From Takakia lepidozioides (Eukaryota > Plantae > Bryophyta), in the NCBI GenBank assembly GCA_030704615.1, contig CM060734.1, positions 32,488,001-32,552,000 on the forward strand: 64,000 nt of DNA, given 5' to 3'. Position 1 is the first letter of the stretch. The number at the start of each line of letters is the position of its first letter. Position numbers and translations under genes: made by a program. The notes under the pieces were generated by a model. The model was given only the letters and a program-made list of their open reading frames with translations, searched no databases and had not been told where the DNA came from. This document shows positions 1-15,593 of this stretch, in pieces.

Positions 1-890
1 TGCTTTTGTCACAGAAAATGACCAGTGGTGAAACCATGCCAGAATCACTACCATCAGACAGTTGAGATAGAACCCATTCCCAACAAAGAAATTGCAGACC
101 TCAAGTTGTTGTGATTGTCACAATTTCATTCCCATTGCAATGTAAAACATGTAAATGCTAATAAAGCTTTTGTACAGAAGTGGTGGCCTTGACTGCCCCT
201 TTTAGGCCGGTCTCCAATCTTCAAAAGGAAGTGCAAAACTAACTTACACTTCCACCTGCCCATCTTCCCTCTCAATCACAGGCCACAGCAGTGAGAGGCA
301 AATTATGGAAGTGCTGACATTGCTAGAAACCACAAGAAGCTTGCATGGAGGAGCTCACCCTTATCTGGAAAGCCACCAGCCACCCAAGTGTACAGCATTC
401 AATAAGCTCTTTGAAGATGCCAGCTTTCCTTACGAAGGTGCAACAATGCAGCCGTGCCCCTTCAGCATTCTGGCCTGGTGTCCATGTGTAGGACTTTATC
501 AACTCCCTAGTTCTCAGCCCTTGCTCTATAATTGAGGGAATTAATCCCAGGAGTCCCTAATAGACTCCTGCAGAAAATGAAGCCCCATCTACTAGGCTTT
601 TTGAACGAAGAGAGAAGCAATAGACCCTTAACAGTGGCTAACATTAAGCTGCTTGTGAGGATGGTCAGTTAGTGACATGGACTCCAACAATCCCCTGATG
701 CTTGCACTCTAGTCCACAGAGCAATGACTTGATACCTCACTTGCATCACAGCAGGAGCCGGCAAACATTTTACCCGAGGAACATTAACACTCATTTAATT
801 CCAATTCTGAAACTACAATGTCACATACCAGCTGATATAATCGGGGCTGAAAAAGGCCATACAGGAGGAGGTGCACAGTGGGCAAAGACT

Positions 891-3800
891 TCATCCATCT
901 TCCTTTGCTGCTTCCTCCTTCCGTATTCTTTCCTCCTCCTCCTTATTATAGATGGAGTTCAACTGGCGTTCGAGCTGAAACCAACATATGATCACCAACC
1001 TGCAAGTCAGCAGCTTATCTTTGCTTTGTATTGGAGCAACGCATTCTGGAACAAAGGCTACCACACAAAAGACGATGCCCATCGACATAATAATCCCACT
1101 AAAGTGAGCACCTCCAAGATGTAAGCACAGCTTTTACTCAAATATATTTCTGTGACTAGAAATGAGATAGGCCATTAGTTGCCATCAAATAAAGCGCAGA
1201 TGGTGCCCATAAGGGATTCACCACACCAGCTTGTTCAGGAGGCATTTCACAAGAAAACTAAAACCTGACAGGATTTTCAGAAGAATCCGCACAACAGATG
1301 TAGACTAGAACTGTTATGTACACAAGAAAACAAACTGACTTCTGCTGCAGACAACTTTATAATGAAATATGAACACACCCCAACATTTCTCAATTTGACA
1401 GTTTGTAGCTCGTCCACAAGATTTGCAATCCTGTACATCTCAAACATGAACCACATATGGTAAGCAGCTGTCAAATGACGACAATAGAGCTTATGTGGTC
1501 CCACGCAGACTCAATCCAATGGCCATGCATGATATTCTATTACGTTTATTGATGATTTCAGCAGGTAGTGCAACTTCATGAAACTATCCCAAAGGAACAT
1601 GCCAAAGTCCTGCTGCTACAGGTTACTGGTAATTTCCTTCCTTAGCATTTCTTTGACTGATGAGATAAAATTCACACCCTGGAGATGACAAGAGCTGGTT
1701 TATAGTATAACTGAAATCTAACAGCTGATAAAGTCAATCAAGATTAATCAAGATGATCAGTGTACATTGGGGTCTATTCACAGGCTCAATTACAGCAGGG
1801 CTCCTAAGCATTAAGAAACTGTTCTCAGCTAGAATACTGACTTGCAGCACTGATCAGCAACTTACCATCTTGTCTGGAGGTTGCCCCATACCTCCAAAAT
1901 TGAAGCAATTGTGCATAAACGGTTACACCTTGTAACACATTCTAAGGGGAAATGTGAATATTAGCAGTCAAAACTGCCCTAGGATGTGATCAATACCTGG
2001 CCTGCAGCTCAGCAACTTGATGAAGGAGCTCCCGCTCCTTGTCCGATGAGAAGTCCAACTGATCAACAGGTGACCGCCAATAAACATCATTAGTGTACCC
2101 AAAAACTAAAACTAAATAATTCTTGCCAAAGTTAGAGCAGAGGGAAAAAGGGCAGATGCCCCAATTTGGCAACAAAAACTATTCAACAATGGTTGACATA
2201 TCAGGAGCGATAGTCATGTTCCTCAAACTCACACCTAAAGATGACTAAGGCTGAATAAATGGTAGAGGGCAGGGTGTATCTGGAACACAGACAGAAGGTG
2301 ATCAAGTTTGGACCTACTATTAGCATGCAGCCTCCCCCATAACCCCACCATCCATTTCCCTTTCCCTTTCCTGGATTGGTCACCCGGCTGGATATTTGGC
2401 TGCACGCGTGAGAGACATAGGACCTTTTTAGCGGTCTCTGTTTTATATAGTGGACTTTGCACCCCTAATTTCCACACAGGAAATCCCCATTCAATCATCG
2501 CTATGGGGTTTCAAAGCACTATATCAGCAACCAGCACAGTGATGGTCAACCAGTCAATCAAACCAGACGTAACCTAACAGCCACAACTTAAAGACCCGGA
2601 AGAAACCCTAAAAGACCAAAACTCACATTTAGGGCCTGAAAAAAACAACTGTGCTGCAATGAAAATTGAAGTATTACAAAACATATATTCAGCATTTACA
2701 TCACAAAGCTCTGGAAATATACGCACTGAAAAATCACTGCCAGCATTTGAACTCCGCGAGTATTTCAGAGTACCATGCAACCGTTGAGCTGAAAGTAACA
2801 CCACCATTATAGGAACATAATCAGTAGGAGTAAGACAACAAGATTCACACATAACCTTGCATTTTCCCATGATCTTGACTATGGATCTCCAAAAACAGCA
2901 TGATTGCTCAACAAGCTACACCCACTCCATTGGAAAAGATGATTGCTGTCGAGAAGTGTCTGTCATGTCTCATATTCTTAGCTACCTGGAAAATGTCCAT
3001 CTACTTCCAAACTACTAGTAGCACCTAAGTTACTGTATATGTCTGTTGAGATACCGAACCAATCCCAAGTTGATTAGGCGTTCCGAACAGCTACATTATG
3101 GGCATGTTCGCCATATCCTGGGAAGATACATGCATAAAATAGTAAAGGACTGAACAGCTTGGGGAGACACACAAGGGGAAGAAGGTTCAACCACTCACCA
3201 TTGGTGGCCTCACTTGGACTAATGCCATTCAAGAGATTCATTGCAAGCTCCTGCAATGCAACAAACAAACACCAGCCTCTGAATTGTAAATCCACATTGG
3301 GCTTAACAGGGTCATCCGCAATGCAGGAAATGACCAAGAACATAGAAACTCAAGTGGTTCAAAAATGAGCTTGAGAGTTCTTCGGAATCCACACAGTAAA
3401 TTGATGAGGTCATAACCCCTGCAGGAAATGACCCGGAACAAGCAAATTTCAGTCCTTCAAAAGTGAGATTGAAACCGTTTATTTGGGAGCTGTGGATTGG
3501 TTGGGCTAAGGAAATCTCTGCACAAAAATGATAGACTTAAAAGGCAAGGAGAGAGGAGAAACATATGCACAGCAGAAAACTATGACAAGAATGGCCTCAA
3601 ACTAGATCACTGGCCACTTTGAGCCTCATCGCAGTGAGCAAAGCTTTTGTTTGCTTAGCTTAAGCAAATAGCTCATCCAGGCCTCTTCGATGAGGCTCCA
3701 ACTCTCCTTTCAAGGAGCTTTCTTGTGCATCAAACTTACACATAGCTCCATGGATTATTTGAACCTTCATGAGTGAGTCTTTATGTTTGGCTACACATTG

Positions 3801-6800
3801 TCATTACTGCAATTTTGTACAGTTTCTGGTTTCAATCTGCCTACTTCTTCAGGATGCAGAAGAGCATTGGTTTTTCTTTCAAAAGGCTGCAACATCATGA
3901 ACAATCCTTGGGGATAGAATAAAGATCTCCAGAAAGGTTTGTCAGTGCTAGTGCATCAACAATTTTGGCTAAAGCTTTTGTTTACAGACCTCCCTAAATG
4001 AATAATAACAAAAACTTCCACACAGGTGCAGATCCGCACCTGCTGTATGGCAGCTTGGTGCAAAAAGTTTTGCAAATGGGGGACGATAGCAGCAACAGAT
4101 ACTGTCGCATTGCTGTTTTGAATTGATGACGTTGGATGGTGCTGCTGAAGCCCCTGCACACAGTACCCATGTGGATGCATTTCAAAGCTCTTAGCTTAGG
4201 CCAAATACACATGCAGAACGAGCAGAATGGGGTCATTGCAATGATCTATTTCTTTTTCTGTCATTGACACTGCTTATTATGCCTTACAGGACCCACGAAC
4301 CACACCACAGGACTACGTATCTGTATATTTCTCTTATCCTCTTCTTCTACAAACAACGTCTTATGAGGACATTCTCTTCTTCTACAAGTAATAAAACAAC
4401 CCCATGTTATGGCATTGAGAAGCAGACATTCTCTTCTTCTACAAGCAATAAAACAACCCCAAGTTATGGCATTGAGAAGCATGGGTTAAATATTTGTTAG
4501 TGCAATCCAGAGTCTCTGCCGCGCACATAATGTCCACCTGGAAGCAACGTCCATACGTCACCCCTACTGTGGTAAGGTTCACAACTTGATGTTGTGTTAG
4601 ACACGAGGGCTACAGGTCTGACTGAAGTACACTACTGATCTTCTCTAGATGATTAATACTAAGTGAATGGGAGGTGGAGGACAATAGAAATCACAAAATC
4701 CCAGTGTCTTCCCCAGACATGCACAAAAGAAAGGATTGAAGAAAGAGCAACACGCTGAACCCAAGGGCTGAAAGCATACAGGTTGCCTTCGATCAGAGGA
4801 CCAGTCACCAACACTGGCAGACTTGTGGATGGATATGGTCTGCACAAAAGGTTAAGTGTGCACAAAAATTGAGTGAGTGTTTTCCCCCCTCCTGGAAAAA
4901 CAAATCCCCATGGCTCATGAGTCGAGATAATAAATCCCTCACCTACCTACCAGCCCTCCTACCGAGGTCCCTAACTGCCACCCTTCTAAGATTTCCTTCC
5001 AGGAAATCCAAAAGTTGCTCCAAATGAAGGAAACCTCAGTACCGAGTCAATTTTAGAGAACTATGCACTAGGCTTAGAGATTTTCCATCTCTTACAAAAT
5101 GGCAAGTGAGGATTGTCATTCGCTCTTCCCTTAAGACACAGAGGACTGGTTAGTACCCTCTTCTCCAAGTTATAAAACTAAGAAAGAGAAAAAATACATA
5201 GACTTCAGTTAAGGTAGCAGGGGTAAGGAAAGGAAGAACAATCCCGACATCTATAATGTTTAACACTGTGGCAACAATGTAAATATAGCCAACCTGCGAG
5301 CTTGCAATCCGTCGCATGTTCATATGAAGTGGGTCCTGCATTACCATGGTGCAGAACACCAAAAACATCTGTTACTACATAGTAAGAACACACAATCCCA
5401 AACTGGCACGACACGTTCATCATGCGGATGAAAATTTTTCTTCCAACCTCTCTGTGGTTTGATGTGTGGCTGGAGAAGAGGACCAAGTCTTGATGCAGGT
5501 ATGGATCTCTTTTCCAAAGCTTAGAAAGCACAAACCTAATCAAGCAAGTGACGTCCAAGAAACATACAGTGCAAAGAATTAACGTGTTGAATCACCCTTT
5601 CCCTGAAAGGTCCGGTTACCCAGCAAGCCTTCAAGCAGTTCTCCAACCAGAACAACACGGGGTACACTTAGGCCATGTGTTCAATCTAAAGAAATGTACC
5701 CAGATTACAGATTGGGAGCTCATACATATACAAATAGCACAAATCATCTACTTTTGGTGCACCAATAGAGTAGCACAGGTGTGCAGGGTCTGCCAACTAA
5801 CTTTGTTAGGACTTGCAAGTTGCAGCTGAGAGCCCCTCATAGATATCTCCAGCAATGCTACACCCACATGCAGTACATTTGGATTTTCCATGTGCACATC
5901 AAAGAGCAAACCTTCAGCCATACACTCACCTTGCCTGAAATATTTGAGTGGACCAATGGAGGATCAGCACTAGAGATGAAGCTAATTACCTCCAAGTTCA
6001 CGTTATGTTCAGTGACAGAGAAGCGACCTATTTGAAGTACAGGTCCCTTTTGAAGAGATCCCTTCATTCTCTCCTCTGTCACCTCCTTGTTACCTGTCAT
6101 GACACAGTGGAAGAGAGAAAGGCAACTTTGACTTATTGAGAATCCAATCCACCCACTTGAAAGGAGGCCAAATCTCTGAATTATGCACACAATTGATATT
6201 TCCCACTATCCCATCTCCCAAACTTCCCAAACAACATCTTAAACTCCGACTTACAATAAATCCTTCTAGCTACCATTTCATATTGGTACCAGAAAGATCA
6301 CCATAGAACACAAACTGAAGTGCATGTTTTTACCAGTAGTACAATGGTGCATCGAGACGAGTATTCTATGGTGAAAAATGTAATAAGCATAATCTTATGA
6401 GACCATCTGACATAACAGCTCATGACAACATTGAGCCACCTTTGTACCACTTTAGAACTGGAGGATACCCCTGTAGGGACAGCTGTTTAGCAAGAGAACC
6501 CTTGCTCGCACCAACGACTAGGGCAATCATAAACTGAATCTGCACCATCTGTGATGGAAAGAGACCTTCAAAGGCTCACATCCACAATACGAATGGAAGT
6601 TGTGGTCATTTAGATCCACAGGAATCCTGAGAAGATCAAGTCTGTGGAGTAGGAAGATCCACACAGAGGTGGAGAAGGTCACCTAGATTTCTTAAACTAC
6701 ATTTGCAAACACTGTATTCTCAGCAATACCCTTTGGGGTTACTCATGTCCGACAACTTTCATGTATTGGATGAATTCCCTGTTTCAGATATACTTGCGGA

Positions 6801-9800
6801 AGATGATGTTAATATTCTTCAAGTAGCTTAATGGACAGCCTCCCGTACAACACATAGATAAACACTTTGATGAATGCACATTAGAGTGGGAGCGCAACAT
6901 GCCAGAGGAAGGTCTGGAAGCCCCTTGCACTCCATTGGCATATCGATGGTCCAGCATTGCCCTCTCACCAGTCGTCGTCAAGGGCCCACTCAAATTCCGA
7001 TCCCTGACGTTTAATCGTGCAGCGTCCTCACCTGTTCGCACACCTTGACGGTTGTCCTTATCCCTGCAGAGTATCAGATCTCAAATGTAAGATAAGACGA
7101 AGTTGGTGTGCGTATGACCTGTGTGTGTTTGTGTGGACAATGCTGTATGCAGCTAAAAAATGGACTCGAGCTTGTATGTAACTTGAAACAGAGGTTCTCA
7201 GACAAGATAAAGCGTCAGGATAGAAAAATACAGGCCTACTTCAGAAATCCACATTGACAAGACATCATTCTGCAGACCCATGGTAAATACTGAAATTAAT
7301 CTTATATCACAGGACAGGAGGCACTGTAGTCACCTCCTGACATGTGTCCTCTCCTGGGCTTTGCTTAAGCCAGCCCTACTATTGAAAGCACATATGTTTT
7401 GTTGACTTTCAAATGCATCTCTGTTTGTTCCAGAGCTCATAATAGTAGTCCATCTCCAATGACACAGCCATAGTCAACCTCCAATCTTTTCTTAGGTGTA
7501 TGCATCCGGAAGGTTCACCGACCAAATGGATGGCAACATCAAACAAGACTCACCTATCGCGATCTCTCTCTTCCTCTCGACCACGAACAAAAGAAAGAGA
7601 ACGCTCCGGCATCAGAGGGACGCTGCAAGCACGGCGAAAATCGTCTCGATCTCCACCGTCTCGTCGATCCCTCTCCTCCCGTCGTTCCCTCTCATCAATT
7701 CTCCGGTGCTCTTTTTTTCTTTTTTCTCTTTTCAGTTGGTCTCTTTCTTCCCCTTTCCGCTGTTCGGCTCTTGGGGAATTGTGCCAGCTTGGGCTTTCAA
7801 GGTCTGGATCATCCTCATATACATCAAAACGCCCTCTGCGCAACAATTATTCACCATGAACATGCACCCACAGCCCACCATGCACAGAGCACAAGTTCCA
7901 ATCACAAGACAAAACTGAAGTTTGTCAACCATGTAGGCTATGCAGCACAACACCCCTTTTCGCCCCACCTACTCTTCAGGAAAAGGGGGACATAGTTATT
8001 GTACTGAGAAAGAATCTCTCAAGTAGTGGAACCTAAATGTAAAAAGCAACTCTAACAGACCCAAGGATTCAATAGCATGATAACGAGTGCATACCAGAGC
8101 AAGCTCAAAAACATTACTCACATATGCTTGCGCTCTTTTCTTCCTGTTGGCGGTCCAGACCTATATGTGGACAGAACACAAAAACAGTTACCTTCGAGCA
8201 ACCATCTTCCATACAAAATCATCACTGTCAACTGCTCTCTGCACTTGACCAGTCATTAGACAACACAATGTTGAAGTAGAAAGCTTCAAATACATATTTG
8301 AGAGGGCTAAGGGATCCCCAAACATCACTGAATTGGGCCTTCCAGGGCCACTGGGGGTAATATTACTGGGTACCACCAAGAATCGGTTCAGCAACAATGC
8401 AGTGGAGAGTACTACCATCAAACAGAACTTTGATTAAAGATGGACCCCACCTTATCACCACTTGTCACTCATTCACGACTATAATATAATGAGACTGGGA
8501 TCAGGAACTGGATTTCGTTTTAGACAGAAGGTCTTGCATTAGATATCTCCAAAGGCTGAGTATATTGGTTCCATGAGCTCGTAAGTGCTAACAACCATGG
8601 CAAGAACTCATGACTCTCTACAACAGCATATATCTGAGTCCCCAAGTAGAAATGCAGTCCGGAAAGACCAACAACCAAAACATTTGTCATCCTCTATGTA
8701 ACTTTCTTTGTTTTTCTTGCCAAAAATGTTGACATGAGGTAAGCAGGCCTCCAGTGACATGGCAGATGCGTGAGAAGGTGTTTGTCGGTAACTGAGAAAG
8801 GACGTTATGTCAAGCACCCACCTCCTTACACATGCAACAAAGGTGGAAAGAACAACAGCTATCAAATACAACTGCATCCAAATATAGTAATTGTACAAAT
8901 AACCCATACTTGGTCTGCACAGGGTTTGGCAGAGGTCCTGATCGAGCCCTTGCCACACGCTCCCCTCCCTGTCAAATCTCACCAGCCCATAACAGCAACA
9001 AGACTCATCAAATCACTTACATAGATTTGAGCTAATGTGTACATTTCAGGCTTTCATCATGAACAAAACATGCCTCTCTCACTTGTTGTGATGGCAAGAG
9101 CTCAGTCTTAAAGTGCTTACATCATTTGCAGTCTCAGCTTTTATGGTAATCGGCAGCTGAATTGTGTCAGAGGAAGATTCACGACTCAGAGATGGCTGAG
9201 GAGACGGGGATTGTGATGCATCAGGCGATTCGTCGCTCCCTCCACGCCCTTGTTGCTTTGTCAAATCATCTTCTTCCTTGACTGTTTGGGTATCATCATC
9301 ATCTTGAATCTGCAAACGAACATGATGTAAACTATGTTGAAGAACATCTGGAGCTCCTAGCATATATGCATGTCCTGAAAGGATTATATGACCCACTTTG
9401 CACATTCCTCTATACAAAAGTGGGGGAACTCAAGCGGATTATTAGATATGCATGTGAAACCATGTGGGACTCTGATACGGAGTAGGTAGACGAAATCTGA
9501 ATTCAAGGGAAGCAGTTATACATGTAACAATCCAAATGCAGAGAACCAAGAAAAACCTGGCTGACAAGCCAATGGCCCACTATGTGTCTACTGCGAATAA
9601 CCTCTGTGCCATTGTGTATGTTATGGAATGTCATGATAAGTGTGTGAAAAAACATGTAAACGAGTGAAAAACCACTTTACAAGTAGAGAGTGTTTTTGTA
9701 TCCATGATCGTGTCTCAACTAACAATGTAAAGATATGTTAAAGAAACCATTGGTAGTGGGGATGAAAGTACACACACCAAAGCTGCCTGGGCTTTTAAAT

Positions 9801-12800
9801 CTTCCAGATCAAAGTTCCAGCTGCTGACTCCTCTTTTATATTCATTCTGCATGAAGCACATTAAATGTAGGAGTACACCTCTTCAGGAATCCAGGAGTTA
9901 TCATACAGTCTGTTGGCAACAACAAATGACTGTACCTTATCTACAATCTTCATGTTGGAGTGCTAGGTATATTCATGAAGTTTGGTAAATCAATGCCAAT
10001 TGGAAAACAAAACCAAAGAGCACACTGCATACCAAAGGACTCAACTGTTGGATGGCAATTCCTTGTAGCAAAAATGTTTTACCAGAGAACTAGGAGATCG
10101 AGTCAGCACACCACACCTGGGACCTCTCTTCTTGCTCTCCATAGGGCATTTTCTTTTGAGCAAGGCGAGCAGCATCCTTAATCTGTCACATGCATCAGCT
10201 CGCTGATCAGGACCATATCGGCAGAGCACATGACATGTGAGAAATGGGAACATTCTGTGATTTGTGTGTTCTCCCAATGTTGGGAGGGTGATCACCCATC
10301 AGGATTTTTACCTGGCGGATACCAATCCTGGTATCAATATATTGATACCAAGACCTGGCCGACATCAGTGACCAGGGTAGATTCATACTGGTGGGTAAGA
10401 TTAGCTGTGATACCCATATAAACTGGTATTTGTCTCCTAAGCCCTAACACCCCCAGCCACTAAGCCTTAATTCCCTAGCCCGACCTGTTGAATGATGTGT
10501 GCCTTATGTGACTGATCATTGATTTTTTCTCTCTCCTACTTCAAATCATATGCTCTTTGCTCATGTACAATGAGTATTTTCTAATTTAGAAAGTTCATAT
10601 CCAGATTCACCTGACGGATATTAACTGGATATCAACCTGGTAGCTCTGCAAGGCATTTGCCATCATACCCTGCTAGCCTCGTTCACCATGACAATCACTG
10701 TAGGCTCAAATTTCTGCAATCAACTCCTCTATCTCTAATACCATCTGACGTACACCATATCAGTAAAATTAATTGGGCAGCAGTTCATCTTCAACTCCAG
10801 GGGTTCAGACTGGAATAAACAGCAATAGATGCCAATGTCTGAGGAACGGAACAAAAGTCACAGAAACTTGAGCATTCCAAGCTTGGCCAATCCCTGTTAC
10901 AGTGATACCAACCTTGAGGTTCTTCACACGTTCACCTAGGGGCGGTAGGCCATCCAATATATGCCGAGCAATGTAATCAACTGAGCGAGCAAGCTTGAAG
11001 AAGGAGTGCCTCAAGAGCTTCTCTGCACTTGGACGCTTTGCCGGATCCTTTACCAAACACATTGCAATCATCTCCTTGAAAGACTGCAAAACGTGGGAAA
11101 AAGCCATTGGTGAGTAAGACAGATTAACAATATGACTCTGTGATCCCAGTGTTAGTCAGTTGCAAGAATAGGTCACCACCATTGTAAATCCAAATGATCA
11201 AATTACTGTGACCACCCAATCTTAGAAAAGCAAGACCAAAATAGAACAGCTCTACTGCATGCCAGCAGGTAACAGTGCAGCCATACAATTGATAAACACA
11301 CTTAAGTCACCTACCTTTGAAAACCTCTTATCCCTTTCATAGTCAAGCCCAGGAGGTGCATTCTGCAAAGTCATCAGCAACACCTGTGCAACATTTCATT
11401 GTGCAGAGTCAGAGTAAAGAGAGATAGGGGTGGGGAGAAAGTGCACGCTGCTACTGGAACCTAGCTTCTATTAGGGCATTTTGCAATTAGCATAACCGCT
11501 CCCTTTATAGTAGGTGGGCAAATGAGAGAACATCTAATGAGCAGTACCTTCATTGGTGGATACTTCGAGAAGGGGGCATGCCCATGGGCAAGCTCCAACG
11601 CTGTTATTCCAAAAGACCATATATCAGCTCTGCTAACACAAAACAAGGAAGATTACTTCCTGGCCAAATAAACTCAGCACCTGGACACCCATAAAGGGCA
11701 GCGAGGAGTAAGGTGTGCATGAAATTAAAGCCAGATACCGAAGTATGTGCAGAACATGAGCAAATCAACATACTTAAAATCATAACCGTGAAGCTGCTCC
11801 ATGACCTCTGGCGCCATCCTGCAGGAATTTTTGGGTACAGGAATGTCAATGGAGGCAGTGACGCTAAAGACTACATTGTTCAGTTTCCTGTTATTCAGAT
11901 GAAAATGCATGCAATAGAAAAGCGGGTGATGAGGTAAGGTTCTTGAAAGGCTTCCCACTCCATCAACCCCATACATCATTCAATCCCACCAAAGTCTTGA
12001 AATTGCACAGAAACACAACACTTAGTCAGTTTGAAATGAAAAGGTTGAGGAACAGGCACCAGCAAGGGGTTCCAACAAAAGTGTTCCTTGACCGCTGTCT
12101 ATCACCAGAGTCAAACATGCATGCTGAAACACCAAAGTCTCCAAGCTTAACTGCTCCAGTTGAATCAACCAGAATATTCCCAGCCTGCCCAGTCCAGGAT
12201 GATCCAAATTATGCATATCACATGCATCAGAACAATGATGAAACCTCTCCCCAGTTAAGAGAATTATATTCAGTATTAAGGAATTCCTGTTTTATCCTCC
12301 AAGCGGTAAAGACAGATGCTACTGTCTTCCACAAAGAAGATATCAGTCGGTTCTTCTTGGTCCCGGATAGTCAACATGTCATCGAAGATTTTACCATAGA
12401 CTATTGGAATTAAAACCTTTGTTAGAATCCCCATGTCCAGTTCCAGTCAGGGAGGTCTGACTACATGTCAAACCCGAGCCAGAAGACTACATGGAGACAT
12501 CAGCTTGTTTCCCATTTCTCACTCTTACTAGACCCTACAGGCAGGAGACTAAAATCGGCCAACTCTGCCTTCGGGCAAGTTGGTTCATTGATATAATCAC
12601 AGGAATAAATGTCAATTGATCAAGTCAAATCAGTACCTCATCAGTTTGAGATAACTAACCCTGGATTATGTTGTACACCAATATTATCAAGACACCAACA
12701 GGACGAGCTACATGCAAGAGCCAACTTATTCAGAATGCTAAGAAGGTATTGACAAACCATAACTAAGCTGTCTACTGTTGCACCGCTGAAATGGCGCAGC

Positions 12801-14450
12801 TGCTGAACAACCGGTGGACACAAATGGAGTAGAGAGGGTACCTTCACATCCCGATGGATATGGCCATGGCGATGAAGGTATTCAAGCGCCTTTAAGGACT
12901 CCTTCAACACAGTTGCAATTATAGGCTCCTCAAACCCATCTGGGAATGCCGCTTTCATAATATGCAGACAGGATCCGCCAGCCAAGTAAGGCATCACTAC
13001 CCAAAGACTCTGGTCCACCACAAAGGAACAGTAAGCCTTCACGACATTTGGATGGCAGATCAAGCTCAAGGTCTTCGCCTCTCGGCGAACTTCATCCTGC
13101 AATACATGGAGTTCTGTCAAGACGGTACCACAGAGCCTAATGGCACCTCTCATCATCACCGACAATGAGGACTAAATAAATGATACGGCTTCACCACCTT
13201 TGGAGGCCTCGCCAATCTGATGGGCTGGCCTCTGGGCAGATTTTCATCTTGCAATAAAAGCAACCCGCTGTTGACACTTACCCCAAAATTGTTATTATCG
13301 TATATGCCAGGATTATTAACATCAAGGATGTCTAAAGGAGACAACTTCAGCCTTAGAAGAAACTCACCACCACCAATATCTTACCACCATGCCCGAACCA
13401 CGGATACAAATGAAATGGAAATTTATTTGCAAACATTCGAATTCACCACCCAACTGGAAAGACATCAATGCCATTCATATACTTGATGCTGAAGGTTGCC
13501 TTGTCAAATTCCACATAAAAGCAGGCTCTAGGGCCAAGCAGTCAGACATATTAGCTGGAGCATGCCTGGCCCCACTGGCAACCATCTTACCTGAAACTAC
13601 TACAATGGACACAAATTTTCCATCTTGGAGTTGCCTCCAATCTGTAACTAGTCAGAAAGATCTGGAGGTGCACAAGCTTAGTCTTCACACAACAAAGGAC
13701 TGATTGACTATCAACTTAAACCCTAAATCACTGCAGAAGTTGCTCCGTTCAGTCTACTCAGTCAGCGGCCAGCCAACCCCGGAAAATTGTTCCCAGGAAG
13801 CAAGCTTGAAGCACCAGGAAAGTCACTTTTGGTTTTACAATCAAAATTGAAAGGAGGAACAATTTCACAACTGTCGTCTGATTCCCCCGGACAGGACAGA
13901 GTCGAATGTATTCTCTTAGACCCTATTTTACTCAAGCAGAATGGAGACTACACAAAAGAGCGGTCTTTGCAGTGCCAAACGCTCAGATACCTCGAATAAC
14001 TGGACTTTCCACACTCACAGTAGTCACGCTAACGAGACCATTAAATCCTTCTCCAACAGAGCCCAAGTGAAGCTCAATGCGGAACTCTTGCGAATCCAAA
14101 ATAATAATGCAGGGAGCATTTGAACAAGAGACCAAGATGTATCTTCCTACCATGAACCATCTCAGTATGATATAAGATGGTAGGACTAGAGAGAAGGAGC
14201 TCGGGCAGAGGTGAAAGGGAGAAATAATTTCAGTAAAAAAAACAGAACCACTAGTTCTTTATGGCAAACGAGCACGTACCAAGTTGCTAAAGTACTTGTC
14301 AAGATCCAAGTTTTTGATTGCAACGATCTCATTGTGAGGCACGCATACGGCCCGATAGACAGTGGCACTCACCCCATGTCCTATCTCCTCGAACAGTTTA
14401 TAGTCTGCAGATACTAAAGGAAACTTTTTCTTCTCACCGTGCCCTTCCAT
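891..14450 (-). CDS. Ste20-like MAP4K Ser/Thr kinase (OSR1/FRAY2/BLUS1-like group), about 804 aa, 23 coding exons
   Basis: Kinase motifs are split across exons: [21 protein letters not shown]|[19 protein letters not shown]|[31 protein letters not shown], then [18 protein letters not shown] and a C-terminal coiled coil [14 protein letters not shown]. Exons: 14450-14280, 13096-12842, 12184-12060, 11818-11774, 11629-11548, 11383-11315, 11083-10913, 10182-10117, 9846-9778, 9309-9121, 8968-8910, 8160-8122, 7835-7554, 7063-6903 (GC donor, uncertain), 6093-5990, 5335-5294, 4839-4780, 4153-4040, 3250-3199, 2788-2727, 2058-1997, 1430-1379, 974-891. Phases are consistent; the small middle exons are less certain. 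Confidence 0.92.
4368..4481. repeat. 57-bp tandem duplication in a kinase intron
   Basis: gacattctcttcttctacaag(t/c)aataaaacaacccca(t/a)gttatggcattgagaagca occurs twice, starting at 4368 and 4425. Confidence 0.9.
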
Positions 14451-15593
14451 GCTGCTCACCCCGAAGCTCAACTGAGCACACCAGATCTCCCGCACTGCTA
14501 CACCATGCCATCCACCCCGCACCAATCCATACAGCAGCTGTTTCTCCCTCCATCCATCCTTCACCACACAAACCCAAATCACGGCCTCAGCCTGCTAAGC
14601 TGGGCATCACCCACATACTGAATCTGCCCACTCCCTCATTGTCAATCACCCCCCTGCGATACCCAATGCGTTCAACCGACCTCCGCCCCCCGAGCACACC
14701 TTGGCTAGACCCGACAGCTCCTCTCTCCTAATTCCTCCTCTCCACCCTCTAAGTTACTGTCTCTCTAAGCTCGATTGCCAAGCCGCACTAGCACTGATCT
14801 ACCGGCTGCCACCTTCCTTGAATGCTTCCCCATTTTTCTTCCTTCCGAATCCTCCCTCCAGCCACATGCATGCAACCATGATTTACAGCAATGATGGCTG
14901 TGCTTGTGGGTACGCAGGTACCACGGGCAAGATCAAGCCTGTACGAAATTCTTAAAAGGCAGCCCCCAGCAGGCAACACGACAAACGCCCTCGCGTGCCT
15001 GCGCTTCATAAAGCCTGCCTCCTGCCTGCCTCTGCTTCCGCCTCTCCCCCCCCCCCACTCTCCCACTCTCCACCCACCCATCCTTTTTCTTTTCTTTTTT
15101 CCCTCTGATTTGCTGCAATATTTTTTACATGGGCTGTCTCTTATTTTAGACCAATAAGTTGTCTTACTTAGTTTATGAGGTGTTTTTTAAGGTTTTACTT
15201 TAATTTTAGAACCCTGAAGGCTGAAACCGACCTTCGTGGCAGGTTGACCCAGTGGTCCGCCCCCCTTTTATATTAGGTTAAATAGAAAGGTGACATCAAA
15301 CATATTGATGCAGCTTGGCTTTGAACCCCAGACCACTCGCAACCGCATATACCAATTTTGAACATACTTTTTCTTTTTTTCTTTCTTTTCTTTTTTTTGG
15401 GAATAGCCTGGGAGGAAGCCCTTTTGAGCTTTTTCTTTTTTTCTTTTTTGGAAAAAAAGAGGGGAATTTGTGCTCTTGCCTCGTCGGAGCTTGCCATTTC
15501 CACTCCGGAGGCTATTTTTTCCTAAATTAATTTGATCGACTGATTCCGTTCTGATTTCTTTAATTAGAATTTTAATCATTATTATTTATTTTT

